Assembly (NCBI GenBank): GCA_964616845.1 | Contig: CAZTUN010000004.1 | Coordinates: forward strand, 1-41,606 | Source: an uncultured Rickettsiales bacterium | GTDB lineage: Bacteria > Pseudomonadota > Alphaproteobacteria > Rickettsiales > UBA6187 | Reading direction: 5' to 3' | DNA length: 41,606 bases | Shown: one piece after another, positions 16,181 through 29,674 of the stretch | How positions within the stretch are numbered: the first letter of the stretch is position 1 | Layout: each line of letters starts with the position of its first letter | The notes under the pieces: model-generated | What the model was told of the DNA's origin: nothing | The model's input: the letters and a program-made list of their open reading frames with translations, nothing else | Databases searched by the model: none | Program-made: the position numbers and the translations under genes

Positions 16181-17014
16181 TCATATTGCCTTAAAGCAAG
16201 AGTTACTTCTAGCTTGCAAATTTAATTTAGAGGCTTGACACTGCTCTAAAGAAGGAAATAGAGACAAAGCTTGGCTTGACTTTATAGCAACTGGCTTTGC
16301 TAAATATGGCTTTGAATATTGCATTTCTTCAGAAGTTGCAATTCTATATTCGTTAAATTTATTTTGACCAATTTTTTCTAGAACAAAATTTAATTGAGCA
16401 AAAAAATTATCTTCTGCTAAACTATTATTATAGGTATAAAGATCCAAATAATCATTACAAGCTATTAACAGATTATCTTGAAAATATTTGGAATCATTTT
16501 CGGTTATTTTTAGTTCATTCAATGGTACATTTTTAAATAAATCATGTTCACAAAGTTTTTGATATATAGGAGTTATAAAAATATTTGGCGGTACTTCTTT
16601 AAATAAAAACTGTTTATATGGATTGATAGATTTAGATTCTAATTCATATACGGAATCAATCCAACTAATTTTTTGAATCGCATAATTAGCTATAATATTA
16701 ACTTTCTGATCAAAACTCTTTTCATTCCACTGCTCAAGAGTTAAAGGCTTTCTACAAAGAAGGCTATAATCTTCAAATCTACTCAATGATGTTAAATATT
16801 CAATACAATCATTACAAAAACGTGCATCTCTTGAAATATCTGGCAAGTCTTTCTCAAGTTTGTAAGAAAACCCTTGTAATTTAGTTTCTACCCAAGTTAA
16901 AATTTTTACTCCATCTTGCGTTGCAAGCATTTGATTAATTTGATCGCCATATAAACATAATTTAGCAAATTCTGTAAAACGATAATCTATAAACCATCTA
17001 TCTTGATCTTTCAT
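16181..17014 (-). CDS. hypothetical protein (no recognisable domain)
   Basis: A 277-aa ORF that is Cys- and aromatic-rich. It has no signal peptide, no TM segment and no motif I can assign. Confidence 0.55.
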   Translation of the reverse strand: MKDQDRWFIDYRFTEFAKLCLYGDQINQMLATQDGVKILTWVETKLQGFSYKLEKDLPDISRDARFCNDCIEYLTSLSRFEDYSLLCRKPLTLEQWNEKSFDQKVNIIANYAIQKISWIDSVYELESKSINPYKQFLFKEVPPNIFITPIYQKLCEHDLFKNVPLNELKITENDSKYFQDNLLIACNDYLDLYTYNNSLAEDNFFAQLNFVLEKIGQNKFNEYRIATSEEMQYSKPYLAKPVAIKSSQALSLFPSLEQCQASKLNLQARSNSCFKAI

Positions 17015-17105
17015 AAAAAGCTAAATATCATTGTTTATTTTTATACATATTAATAAAAGCAAGACTATAATAACTTGAGGAGTTACTCCATTTAGATAAT
17101 CTAGT

Positions 17106-18512
17106 CTATTTTCCTGTCATTATTCTATCCACTAGCTGGGCAACGGTTGGTACAAAACCATTTTCATAAAATGGATCTTGACCAAATTTATAAGCATTAT
17201 GACCTGCAAACATTAATTGATCCTCTAGAGAACCTATTCCATGAGCTGCCTCTTGCAATGTTTTTTGTATACAAAAGCTTCTTGGATCAGCTTTGTAGCC
17301 AGTTGTATAATCTCCATGATCTTTCCAATTGCTAAAGCGACAATGACTTAAACAACCCATGCAATTTATTTGATCTTCTCGAATTTGTTTTGCTTCTTCC
17401 TTTGTCACAAAAACTAATGTTGCATCTGGAGTTTTCATTACTTCAGTATAACCTTCAAGTATCCATTTTTCTGCACGATCTTTATCTTGCAACTCAACAA
17501 ATACTCCTCTTCCCCTTGGACCAAATGTAAATTCTTCAGTTAAAACTCCTTCAGGAGTTACAACATAAGGTATTTGTCTTTCATGACGAGCCTCAAGTTG
17601 CTTTAAAAAATTATTTCTAACCGCAGAAGAATAAAAACCCGTAGGACTAAATCTATTAAGCGAGACATCGCCTTCTTTTATTGTAAGCAACCGCTTTTTC
17701 CAGTAATCAGGAACAGGACTCTCTTTAGTCAATATAGGTCTTGTTCCAAACTGAAAAGCAATTTCTCCTATTTCTGGATTATCTAGCCAATCCGACCAAT
17801 CTTGCAAATGCCACACACCACCTGCCATTATAATTGGCACGTGATTTAGACCAACTTCATTCATAAATTTACGAATTTCTACAACCCTTGCATAAGGATG
17901 TTCTGGTTTTGTAGGAATTTCATTATTAGAAAGACCATTATGTCCTCCAGCAAGCCAAGGATCTTCATAAACAACACCACCAAGCAAATGAGAAGTTTTA
18001 TGATAAGCACGCTTCCATAAAGCGCGTATCGCCCGCATTGACGAAACTATAGGATAATAATATATATTATATTTTTCTGCAATTTCAGAAAGTCTGTATG
18101 GCATACCAGCACCACAAGTAACGCCATTTACTAAACCTTTAGTTTGCTCAAGCACTCCTTCTAATACTCTAGTTGCTCCGCCCATTTCCCATAATATATT
18201 CATGTGAATACAACCATTGCCATTGGCACGTTCATAGGCTATTTTTGCTTGTGAAATTCCACCTTTAATTGCCATCGCAACCAATTCTTCATGTCTCTCC
18301 CTGCGAGTAGAACCTTGATATGTTTGTAAAATTATTTGACCATTTTTATCATAACTATCTGCATTAACGCCAGAAAATGTACCAACTGCGCCACTAGCTG
18401 CAAAAGCTCCAGATGTTTCACCACTAGATATTGCAATTCCTTTGCCTCCCTCAATTATTGGCAGGACTTCTTTCCCTGAAATCATTACAGACTTAAGATT
18501 CTTAAGTATCAT
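17106..18512 (-). CDS. nitronate monooxygenase (NMO / 2-nitropropane dioxygenase-like) family FMN oxidoreductase, long form
   Basis: 468 aa with TIM-barrel FMN motifs: GGKGIA..., CGAGMP and IIMAGGVW. Confidence 0.7.
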   Translation of the reverse strand: MILKNLKSVMISGKEVLPIIEGGKGIAISSGETSGAFAASGAVGTFSGVNADSYDKNGQIILQTYQGSTRRERHEELVAMAIKGGISQAKIAYERANGNGCIHMNILWEMGGATRVLEGVLEQTKGLVNGVTCGAGMPYRLSEIAEKYNIYYYPIVSSMRAIRALWKRAYHKTSHLLGGVVYEDPWLAGGHNGLSNNEIPTKPEHPYARVVEIRKFMNEVGLNHVPIIMAGGVWHLQDWSDWLDNPEIGEIAFQFGTRPILTKESPVPDYWKKRLLTIKEGDVSLNRFSPTGFYSSAVRNNFLKQLEARHERQIPYVVTPEGVLTEEFTFGPRGRGVFVELQDKDRAEKWILEGYTEVMKTPDATLVFVTKEEAKQIREDQINCMGCLSHCRFSNWKDHGDYTTGYKADPRSFCIQKTLQEAAHGIGSLEDQLMFAGHNAYKFGQDPFYENGFVPTVAQLVDRIMTGK

Positions 18513-18602
18513 CTAGCTTATACCACTCCAAAATTCTAAAATTATAATTTTAATAATGCAAAGACTATATAGCAAATTTTTTATAAAGATACATCATTTG
18601 AT

Positions 18603-19925
18603 TTAATTACTAATAAAACTAGTTGGTGCTGGATCTACAACTACAAACTTTCCTTGCTTAATTTGCATGATTGCAAATGCTCTTTCTGCCAATCCATCTT
18701 TATTAAATCTAAATATTCCATCAATACCAGAGTAACCACGTTCATTAGCAATATTATTAGCACTATAAGGATTTTGAGGAAATAACTTAGGTAAGGTCAC
18801 TGCAAGTGCTATTGCATCATAAGCAAGACTTGATATAGTTTTTGGCTTATAACCATAAGTATTCTCAAATTTATTTTCAAAAGCCATTTGCCTTTCTTTT
18901 ATTGGCGTTGCAAATAAAGCTCCTTCTAATTGTTTAGTAGATAATAGACTATCATCATACCATTGCGAGCTACCTAGTAATAATATTTTATTATTGTCAA
19001 AATTTTTAGCTGCTAGAATATCTGCTATATTTGTTATTCTCCTTGATCCTTCAGGAATAATAATTGCTCCTAAATATGATGATGATGATTTCTTAGTTAA
19101 TGCTGCGCCATTTAACACTGAATTAAGAGCTATATTTACTCTCGACTCTATATTTATAGCATTGCCAGAACTATCTATATTATAAGCTTCATTTGCTAAT
19201 ACATGGCTATCATCATTAAATTTAGATATTGTATTACGCACCTGCTCATCTAAAGCACTACCATATGAATTATTTGGAACTAAACTTGCAAAATTTATAA
19301 TACCAAATTTATCATGAACATATTTTAATATACGGTCAATTTGTGGCTGAGGAGTAATACCCAAAACAAATACTCCACTACTTGCTAAAGATTTATCATT
19401 TGAAAATGATATAACACTAATATCATGTTCTTTTGCTATTTTATTTACTATTTTTGTCGCATCACTAAATAATGGACCTATTATAAGCTTCGCATCTATA
19501 CTTACGGCACGATCAGCTGCATTGGCAATAGATACATTATTTTCTCCCGTATCTATCGGAACCAAAACTATATTGCTATTATTAAAGTCAAATAAGGCTA
19601 ATTGAGCTGCATCTAATAATTGTTTTCCTAACTTAGAATTTGTTCCGCTTAAAGGAAGTAATATTGCAATTTTAACTGGATTATTAGCGAGTCTAGCTTT
19701 ATAGTCGGATATAGCTCCTGTATCTTGAACAGAAACTGACAAATCAGTTTTATTTTCTGATTGAGATCCTCGATCTTTGAGTAAATTACTGGCAATTTTT
19801 GGTTTAATTTCATCATCACTTGCACAAGCACAAACTATAAAAATGAATATTAAGGCAAGATATCTAACTAAATTTTTAATATAAAGCACCATAATTCTCC
19901 TTAAGAAAATATCGATATGATTCAA
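18603..19925 (-). CDS. periplasmic-binding-fold lipoprotein, LpoA/LppC-like (penicillin-binding protein activator family)
   Basis: A type 1 periplasmic binding fold (VKIAILLPLSG..LG). The lipobox-like FIVCAC motif follows a hydrophobic segment. It is divergent from rsmI, as lpoA is in E. coli. The likely true start is the Met at 19892. Confidence 0.65.
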   Translation of the reverse strand: MNHIDIFLRRIMVLYIKNLVRYLALIFIFIVCACASDDEIKPKIASNLLKDRGSQSENKTDLSVSVQDTGAISDYKARLANNPVKIAILLPLSGTNSKLGKQLLDAAQLALFDFNNSNIVLVPIDTGENNVSIANAADRAVSIDAKLIIGPLFSDATKIVNKIAKEHDISVISFSNDKSLASSGVFVLGITPQPQIDRILKYVHDKFGIINFASLVPNNSYGSALDEQVRNTISKFNDDSHVLANEAYNIDSSGNAINIESRVNIALNSVLNGAALTKKSSSSYLGAIIIPEGSRRITNIADILAAKNFDNNKILLLGSSQWYDDSLLSTKQLEGALFATPIKERQMAFENKFENTYGYKPKTISSLAYDAIALAVTLPKLFPQNPYSANNIANERGYSGIDGIFRFNKDGLAERAFAIMQIKQGKFVVVDPAPTSFISN

Positions 19926-20777
19926 CTTAGCTCAATATTATCAAACTGTAAACAAGAGGCTGGACTTTATATTGTCTCAACCCCTATTGGCAATATATAT
20001 GATATAACTATAAGAGCACTACAAATTCTTTCTAATGTTGATATAATATTATGTGAAGATACAAGAACAACGCACAAACTACTGGAAAATTATAATCTAA
20101 AGAAAACTTTGATTTGCTATAATGACCATAGCACAGATAAAGATCGTAATCGTATTATTGATGGCATAAAGCAAGGACAAAGCTATGCTATAGTATCAGA
20201 TGCTGGCACTCCTCTAATTTCAGATCCAGGCTATAAATTAGTGAGATTAATCTCAGAAAATAACTTAAAAATAATTCCTATTCCTGGTGCTTGCGCTGCA
20301 ATAGCTGCTTTAACAGTATCTTCCCTTCCATCAGATCAATTTTATTTTTTAGGTTTTTTACCTGCTAAAACTCATAGTCGCATTGGTGTTTTAAAAAATA
20401 TCAAGCACATAAACACAACAATAATTATTTATGAAACAGCTAGAAGATTGGTCGATAGCCTAAATGATATATCTTCATGCCTTGGTAATATACCAGTATG
20501 CGTAGTACGCGAACTTACGAAAACATATGAAGAAAAAAAATATGGCAATTTACAAGATATTATTAAATATTACAGCGATAACGAACCCAAAGGAGAATGT
20601 GTAATAATTATTGATAATCATCAGAAAGAAAATTTTACTGATGTGCAAATAAATGAATTAATTATAAATTCTTTAAAAACATTATCGGCAAAAGATACTG
20701 CAAGCACTCTTGCTGAAATTACAGGTTTAAGTAAAAAAGATATTTATGATAAAGTACTTAAAATTAAAAATTCTTAA
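19917..20777 (+). CDS. rsmI: 16S rRNA (cytidine1402-2'-O)-methyltransferase RsmI
   Basis: 286 aa with LYIVSTPIGN..DIT.RAL, ILCEDTR and SDAGTPLISDPG motifs. Confidence 0.92.
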   Translation: MIQLSSILSNCKQEAGLYIVSTPIGNIYDITIRALQILSNVDIILCEDTRTTHKLLENYNLKKTLICYNDHSTDKDRNRIIDGIKQGQSYAIVSDAGTPLISDPGYKLVRLISENNLKIIPIPGACAAIAALTVSSLPSDQFYFLGFLPAKTHSRIGVLKNIKHINTTIIIYETARRLVDSLNDISSCLGNIPVCVVRELTKTYEEKKYGNLQDIIKYYSDNEPKGECVIIIDNHQKENFTDVQINELIINSLKTLSAKDTASTLAEITGLSKKDIYDKVLKIKNS

Positions 20778-20802
20778 CTATTAATCTAATAAATTTTTCT
20801 CT

Positions 20803-21195
20803 GTGCTAAATTTTTATAAATCTAGTTATAATTATGGCTTAATATGCGAACTACTTGCCTTAATATTTTTAACTTTAAAACTATATAGGATAATTTCTTG
20901 GCGTTATAAAACAAATGTTGGAGAAATTGATATTATTGCTTCCAAAAAAAATACCATAATATTTATTGAAGTAAAGGCACGGAAAGATAAAACTTTGTTA
21001 CATTACAGCCTTACTACCAAACAACAACAAAGAATATTAAAGGCAAGTAACTTATTTATTAAGTATAATCGAAAATGGCACAAAAAATCTCTGCGTTATG
21101 ACTTAATTGTTATAAATAAGATTTTTAATTTTACCCATATTAAGAACGCTTGGAATTGTAGTGACAAAATTAACCGCAATATAAAAAACCAATAA
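20803..21195 (+). CDS. yraN: YraN family (UPF0102) endonuclease-like protein
   Basis: 130 aa with a GTG start. It carries the GEIDIIA...IIFIEVKAR core and sits next to rsmI, as in many Proteobacteria. Confidence 0.8.
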   Translation: MLNFYKSSYNYGLICELLALIFLTLKLYRIISWRYKTNVGEIDIIASKKNTIIFIEVKARKDKTLLHYSLTTKQQQRILKASNLFIKYNRKWHKKSLRYDLIVINKIFNFTHIKNAWNCSDKINRNIKNQ

Positions 21196-21199
21196 TACG

Positions 21200-22999
21200 C
21201 TAAGCCTTACGATAATACCAAACACCAATTATAGATATTAATATAGGAAGAAGGAGTATATTTAAAAATTTTATTAAGGCTGCTAATTTTACGATATCAT
21301 TATACATATTTTTTTGAATTTCTCTTTGCTGCTTTCTAATATTAACCATTTTATTAGTAAAGTCTCTTATTTCCTGACTTTGTTGAATTTTATAAATTTG
21401 TTTATCTTTATCATCCTTTGCTTCCTTAGATTGTTTTTGTAAAAGAGATAATTTATATTCGGTTCGATTTAACTGCTCTTGTAACTGTTTTTGCTGCACT
21501 AAATATTTATCCTGCATTTGCTGTCTAATTTTATCAACTATTTTAAAAGGACGATTATTGGTTCCCCTGCCCCTCAAAGATATTAAATCATCACTCCCTG
21601 ATAAATTATCAAGTATATTTACAATAAAAGAACCGTTATCTGCTATTGGACTAACTAACTGATATCCATCAAATTTTTGATCAGTTGACCAAACATCATC
21701 TTTTAAAATATCACTATCTGCAATAACAACTATATTTATATTCCCTTGATTTGTAGGAGAAAAATAACTTCTGGCTTTACCTAAAGCCCTAGCCGCTAAA
21801 ATAAATTCATGATTTTGTGGCGCAAAAAGAGAGACAATTTTAGCAGGATCTGGTTTGCCTTTTATGTCATTTATATCAAAAATCATTGAGTCTTTAGTCG
21901 ATGTAATTAATGGTTCAATTTTTACTTCAGACTGATCAATTGCCTCTATATATCCACTAGTTGCCAAATTAACCATTTTTAATCCTGCTGTAGTTATATC
22001 CTTGTTACTTAGATTTTGTTTTTGCATGGCAAGCCAGAGCAAATAATCTACTTGTGATTTTATAGTTTTATCGTTAATTTTTCTTGCTGCTAAATGATCG
22101 GCAATAACTTTATTATTAGGTAATTTTATGCCCCAATTTCTTAAAATTGGAATAAATCTAGCGTCAAAACTATTATTTTCTCCTAAAGAGTTCTTACTTT
22201 CCGCATAAGGATCTAAAAAGAATAAGGCCTTTTTACCAGATATAACATATTGATCTATTGCCCTTAGCATTTCGTAACTTATATCTTTATCTGGCTGTAC
22301 CACCATTAATAGATCAATATCTTCTGGTAAAGATTTGGCATCTTTTTTAATTATTTTAATATTCATTACTTGAGAAATTTGCTGCATAACTATCCATGCA
22401 CGATTGCCTATTAATCCTGGTAGACCCATAAAATTTTGTTGTTCTATCGGTAAACTAGAATAAACTCCTACAATAGGCTTTTTATTGTTAGATAATGCAT
22501 ATATAATCCTACTTATTTCATATTCAGTAAATGGCTCACGATCAAAACTAAATACTGGAATCACTTGTTGCTGATTGTTACTGTTAATTGCAACTAATCC
22601 TAAATATGCTTTTGTTTCATCTTTATCAATAGGAACACCTTTTAGTCCATAACTAAGAGCCTGATCCTCTTCATCGCTGTAAGGCTCTGGATCAATAAAC
22701 TCAACTTTTATTTTTCCCTTAGAATAGTAGGCAAATTGATCTAAGAAACTTTTTATTCTTTGTGCATAAGTTTTTAAATAAGGAATACCATTGGCTAGCT
22801 TGTCAGAGAAAAAGAATTTAAATGTAATTTCTTGATTATTATTATTAATTAGTTTGATACTATTTTGGGATAAACTAAATCTTTTATCGTCTGTAAAATC
22901 TATCTTATAATCTACAAGCCATAATCTAGCTAATAAATTAATTACTATGACTACAGTAATTATAGTGCTAACCATTATTAATGATTTAGATTTTTTCAT
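21200..22999 (-). CDS. GldG-like auxiliary component of an ABC-2 type transport system
   Basis: 599 aa with N- and C-terminal TM anchors flanking a large periplasmic domain, then a coiled coil. It lies downstream of the ABC-2 permease and ATPase. Confidence 0.7.
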   Translation of the reverse strand: MKKSKSLIMVSTIITVVIVINLLARLWLVDYKIDFTDDKRFSLSQNSIKLINNNNQEITFKFFFSDKLANGIPYLKTYAQRIKSFLDQFAYYSKGKIKVEFIDPEPYSDEEDQALSYGLKGVPIDKDETKAYLGLVAINSNNQQQVIPVFSFDREPFTEYEISRIIYALSNNKKPIVGVYSSLPIEQQNFMGLPGLIGNRAWIVMQQISQVMNIKIIKKDAKSLPEDIDLLMVVQPDKDISYEMLRAIDQYVISGKKALFFLDPYAESKNSLGENNSFDARFIPILRNWGIKLPNNKVIADHLAARKINDKTIKSQVDYLLWLAMQKQNLSNKDITTAGLKMVNLATSGYIEAIDQSEVKIEPLITSTKDSMIFDINDIKGKPDPAKIVSLFAPQNHEFILAARALGKARSYFSPTNQGNINIVVIADSDILKDDVWSTDQKFDGYQLVSPIADNGSFIVNILDNLSGSDDLISLRGRGTNNRPFKIVDKIRQQMQDKYLVQQKQLQEQLNRTEYKLSLLQKQSKEAKDDKDKQIYKIQQSQEIRDFTNKMVNIRKQQREIQKNMYNDIVKLAALIKFLNILLLPILISIIGVWYYRKA

Positions 23000-23011
23000 A
23001 AACGAGCTACC

Positions 23012-23743
23012 CTAAACCCTTCTTAATATAGCTATGTTTATCATTATACAGCTAATGATAAAACTTATAAAATATACTAGCGCAGTAATTGGGATAACCC
23101 CCTTTATCATATCTTGAAAATTAGTAACTATACTTAAATCACTAATAATATTAATTATAAATTGAGGTAACCCCATAGATATAAAAAAATTAAGAACCAT
23201 AACAAAACCACTACACATAAATAGAAAACTAATGGTTATCGTTAATATAAAAGCTACCACCTGACTTGTGGTAATTGCAGATATACATGCTCCTAAAGCC
23301 AAAAAAGATGCCATAACTAAAATAGAAGAAAAATATGATGCAATAATAACTCCGTTATCTGGATCACCTAGGTAATTTACTGTTATTACTATAGGAATAG
23401 TAAGCAATAAATTAATCAGGGCAAAAGCAAAACTTGAGAAAAATTTACCTAAAACCATCTCGTATATGGTAATTGGTAAAGTCATAAGCAACTCAAAACT
23501 ACCATTACGCTTTTCTTCTGCCCATAATCTCATTGTAATTGCAGGCATAAGAAATAAATAGAGCCAAGGCTGCCACAAGAAAAACGCCTCTAAATTAGCA
23601 TTACCATCTTCAAAAAAATGACCTACATAAAATGTAAATATGCCACTTAAAAAAAGATATACTGCCATAAAGACAAAACCAATTGGCGTTTGGAAATATC
23701 CTTTTAATTCTCTTTTAAAAATTGTAACTAATGTGCTTGCCAT
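23012..23743 (-). CDS. ABC-2 type transporter permease (GldF-like)
   Basis: 243 aa with about 6 TM segments and the operon position. Confidence 0.75.
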   Translation of the reverse strand: MASTLVTIFKRELKGYFQTPIGFVFMAVYLFLSGIFTFYVGHFFEDGNANLEAFFLWQPWLYLFLMPAITMRLWAEEKRNGSFELLMTLPITIYEMVLGKFFSSFAFALINLLLTIPIVITVNYLGDPDNGVIIASYFSSILVMASFLALGACISAITTSQVVAFILTITISFLFMCSGFVMVLNFFISMGLPQFIINIISDLSIVTNFQDMIKGVIPITALVYFISFIISCIMINIAILRRV

Positions 23744-23748
23744 AATTT

Positions 23749-24513
23749 TTAACTAATTTTATGTGTGACATTATAAAAGACCGAAGCTAATCCCTTTAGA
23801 TTACTTAATATATTATCATTTTTTATACTTGAGTTTGCATGCTGTTTTATAACTTCACTAATTTCTCCATTAGCAACAATTTTGCCACGGTCAATTATAG
23901 CTATATAATCACAGAGCAATTCAACTTCTTCTAGAACATGAGTTGAAATTATTATCGCTTTATCTTTGCTTACTTCTTTGATTAATTTATATATTTGTAA
24001 TTTTTGGTTAGGATCTAAACCATCTGTTGGCTCATCTAGGATTAAAACTTTTGGATCATGAAGCAAGCTCTGTCCTAAAGATAATCTACGCTTATAACCT
24101 TTAGATAAAGTATCTATTCTTTGATTAAAGACTTGATTTAGTGATAAATTATCTACAATAAATTCTATTCTATTTTTTATATTTTTCTCATCAATTTTCC
24201 TGATTTGCGCAATAAATTTTAAAAATTCTCCAGCACGCATATCAGGATATATCACTCCTGTTTCTGGTAAGTAGCCTATTTGTTCCTTAGCTTTTAAAGG
24301 ATTATTTATCATATCTAGTCCACATATATCTACTTTACCAGAATCAGGTTTCATATAACCGGTAATAATTCTCATGGTAGTAGTTTTTCCTGCTGCATTA
24401 GGTCCTAAAAAGCCTAGAACTTTTCCTTTAGTTACTTCCAAAGATACATCCGTTACAGCTTTTATATCTGCAAAATTTTTATTGAGCTTACTTACCTTTA
24501 TCCCAACTTCCAT
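23749..24513 (-). CDS. ABC transporter ATP-binding protein
   Basis: Walker A is GPNAAGKTT, the signature is LSKGYKRRL, and Walker B is LILDEPTDGLD. Confidence 0.92.
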   Translation of the reverse strand: MEVGIKVSKLNKNFADIKAVTDVSLEVTKGKVLGFLGPNAAGKTTTMRIITGYMKPDSGKVDICGLDMINNPLKAKEQIGYLPETGVIYPDMRAGEFLKFIAQIRKIDEKNIKNRIEFIVDNLSLNQVFNQRIDTLSKGYKRRLSLGQSLLHDPKVLILDEPTDGLDPNQKLQIYKLIKEVSKDKAIIISTHVLEEVELLCDYIAIIDRGKIVANGEISEVIKQHANSSIKNDNILSNLKGLASVFYNVTHKIS

Positions 24514-24619
24514 ATCAATAGTCTTTATAATAAATGATAGATCTTAAAACTTTTATCTAAGCTGATTAATAATTGTATTGTTTATATTTGTATAATATAA
24601 TTCATACTAGTTCAGTTAG

Positions 24620-27426
<2,807 letters not shown>

Positions 27427-28464
27427 TTAATCTGTTAGCCTTTCTATTAAACAACTATCTCCAAATGAATAAAAACGATAATTATTTTTTATCGCATGAT
27501 TATAAGCATCTTTCATTCTTTCGATACCAGCTATACTACATACTAACATAAATAAAGTTGATTCTGGCAAATGAAAATTTGTCATTAATAAATCAATTAA
27601 TTTAAATTTATATTTAGGTGTTATAAAAATATTAGTATTGCCTGAGAATTCCTTAATTACACCATCATCTCCAGTCGCCGTCTCAAGAATTCTTGTAACT
27701 GTTGTGCCAACAGCAACTATTCTACCACCAGATTTTTTGGTTTGATTAATTATATCAGCTGTAGACTTTGAAACCATACCATATTCATAATGCATAATAT
27801 GATCGTCAGTATCACTAACTTTTACTGGCAAATAAGTTCCAGCCCCAACATGTAAAGTAACAAAAGCATGATTAATTTTTTTGAGACGAAGTTTATCCAT
27901 TAATTCTGAGGTAAAATGCAAACTAGCCGTTGGAGCAGCTACAGCTCCTTCATTTTTAGCAAAAATAGTTTGATAATCTATAAAGTCTTTCTTGTCTCCA
28001 CCTTTAGCTCTTTTTATATATGGTGGCAGTGGCATAGCTCCATATTTATTAAGAGCCTCAATTAATTGAGCTCCTCCTAAGTTAAACTTAACTGTAACCT
28101 CACCATTATCGCCTTTACTAATAAGTTCAAGATAAAAATTATCGTTTACATAAGCTATTTGATCAAACAATAACTTTCTTGCTGGCTTAGCAAACGCTTT
28201 CCAAGAATCATTTGAAACTTGCTTATGTAAAGTAATTTCTATGCCTCTGCTTTGTTGCTTAAGCCATAGTCTGACGGGAATTACCTTAGTATCATTAAAT
28301 ACTAATAAATCACCTTCTTTTAATAAATCTGCTAAATCATAAACATGCTTATCCTGATAAGCATCTTGAGAAATAACAAGCATCCTAGCATTATCACGAG
28401 GATAAACTGGATGCTTAGCTATTTTTTCTTTAGGTAAATCAAAATTAAATAAATTTACTAACAC
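27427..28464 (-). CDS. queA: S-adenosylmethionine:tRNA ribosyltransferase-isomerase
   Basis: 345 aa with FDLPKEKIAKHP, AAPTASLHFT and VGTTVTRILE motifs. Confidence 0.95.
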   Translation of the reverse strand: MLVNLFNFDLPKEKIAKHPVYPRDNARMLVISQDAYQDKHVYDLADLLKEGDLLVFNDTKVIPVRLWLKQQSRGIEITLHKQVSNDSWKAFAKPARKLLFDQIAYVNDNFYLELISKGDNGEVTVKFNLGGAQLIEALNKYGAMPLPPYIKRAKGGDKKDFIDYQTIFAKNEGAVAAPTASLHFTSELMDKLRLKKINHAFVTLHVGAGTYLPVKVSDTDDHIMHYEYGMVSKSTADIINQTKKSGGRIVAVGTTVTRILETATGDDGVIKEFSGNTNIFITPKYKFKLIDLLMTNFHLPESTLFMLVCSIAGIERMKDAYNHAIKNNYRFYSFGDSCLIERLTD

Positions 28465-28469
28465 TTTTA

Positions 28470-29096
28470 TTATTTTTTATTACTAGATTGCTTTTTTTCA
28501 ACATCTGAAGCTACCCTTAAAGAGATAATTTTATCAGGGTCAACAACCATGCCATTTGCTAATGTTCCTTTCTTAATATTATCTACATATTCCATACCTT
28601 CAACAACTTTGCCCCAAATAGTATATTGACCATCTAGAGAAGGAACTGGAGCAAACATAATAAAGAACTGACTATTTGCACTATTTTCATCACCACCACG
28701 ACGAGCCATAGATAATGTTCCACGCTCATGTTTTAAATTACTAAACTCTGCTGGTAAATTTGGTTTATCAGAGCCTCCAGCGCCAGTTCCTGTAGGATCT
28801 CCTGCTTGCGCCATAAATTGATCTATAACACGATGAAAAACTATACCATCATAGAATTTACTCCGTGCTAATTCTTTTATTCTAGCAACATGTTTAGGAG
28901 CGATGTCTGGAAACATTTGTATTACCACACGACCATCTTTTAATTGTAAATAAAGTGTATTTTCCATATCAATATTTGCAGCACCTACAGATGAAATTAA
29001 TAATATTGTAAACAATAAACTAGTTAGGCTTAATCTTAATAATTTTAATATTTTATTCATAACAAACTCCCTGTTAAAAAAATTATAGTAAATCAA
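28470..29096 (-). CDS. cyclophilin-type peptidyl-prolyl cis-trans isomerase, secreted
   Basis: FHRVIDQFMAQAGDPTGTG and SANSQFFI motifs. The signal peptide starts at MNKILKLL, so the likely true start is at 29060. Confidence 0.9.
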   Translation of the reverse strand: MIYYNFFNREFVMNKILKLLRLSLTSLLFTILLISSVGAANIDMENTLYLQLKDGRVVIQMFPDIAPKHVARIKELARSKFYDGIVFHRVIDQFMAQAGDPTGTGAGGSDKPNLPAEFSNLKHERGTLSMARRGGDENSANSQFFIMFAPVPSLDGQYTIWGKVVEGMEYVDNIKKGTLANGMVVDPDKIISLRVASDVEKKQSSNKK

Positions 29097-29170
29097 GAAA
29101 CAATTTACTGCTAAATAATAGAATATTTATTGTTTCTATCATTCACATATATTCAAAAGTCAAATATAGA

Positions 29171-29197
29171 AAAAGAGCAAAATAAATTTGCTCTTTT
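29171..29197 (-). terminator. intrinsic terminator after rplQ (symmetric, possibly bidirectional)
   Basis: AAAAGAGCAAA, a 5-nt loop, then TTTGCTCTTTT. The A/T tracts on both sides supply a U-run in either orientation. Confidence 0.55.
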
Positions 29198-29229
29198 TCA
29201 TATTCTTAATTTGCTTGTTAGAGCAAAAT

Positions 29230-29655
29230 TTATGCTGCTTGGTTTTGTGAATCATCAGCAGCTACTACTGCTCCTGAATCTTTACCTTTTGCAGACTCAT
29301 CTCTATCAACAAACTCAATAATTGCCATAGGAGCAGCATCTCCATAACGGAAACCGCATCTAATTATTCTTAAATAACCACCCTGACGCTCTTTATATCT
29401 AGAAGCTAAAACTTCAAACAATTTCTTAACAATCTCGGCATCATATAAATATGATAAAGCTTGTCTACGAGCATGCAAATCACCCTTTTTAGCAAGCGTA
29501 ATTAACTTTTCAACGATAGGACGAATTTCCTTTGCTTTTGGCAGAGTAGTTTTAATTTGCTCATGCTTTATCAATGACGCAGCAATATTAGCATATAAAG
29601 CTCTTCTATGGCTTGTATCACGTCCTAATCTTCTACCTTTAATTCTATGGTGCAT
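29230..29655 (-). CDS. rplQ: 50S ribosomal protein L17
   Basis: The [21 protein letters not shown]-terminus, and it is last in the alpha operon. Confidence 0.97.
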   Translation of the reverse strand: MHHRIKGRRLGRDTSHRRALYANIAASLIKHEQIKTTLPKAKEIRPIVEKLITLAKKGDLHARRQALSYLYDAEIVKKLFEVLASRYKERQGGYLRIIRCGFRYGDAAPMAIIEFVDRDESAKGKDSGAVVAADDSQNQAA

Positions 29656-29674
29656 TTTATATTTCCTTTAATTC

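Noticed and set aside
17069-17079. The palindrome GGAGTTACTCC just downstream of the NMO-family gene.
   Set aside because: It cannot form a hairpin because the loop would be a single nt. It is short enough to occur by chance, and no second copy is seen.
19892-19925. The 11-codon N-terminal extension of the LpoA-like ORF, which overlaps the divergent rsmI start codon.
   Set aside because: The signal and lipobox segment begins at the internal Met (MVLYIKNLVRYLALIFIFIVCAC). The extension is probably just an open frame upstream of the true start.
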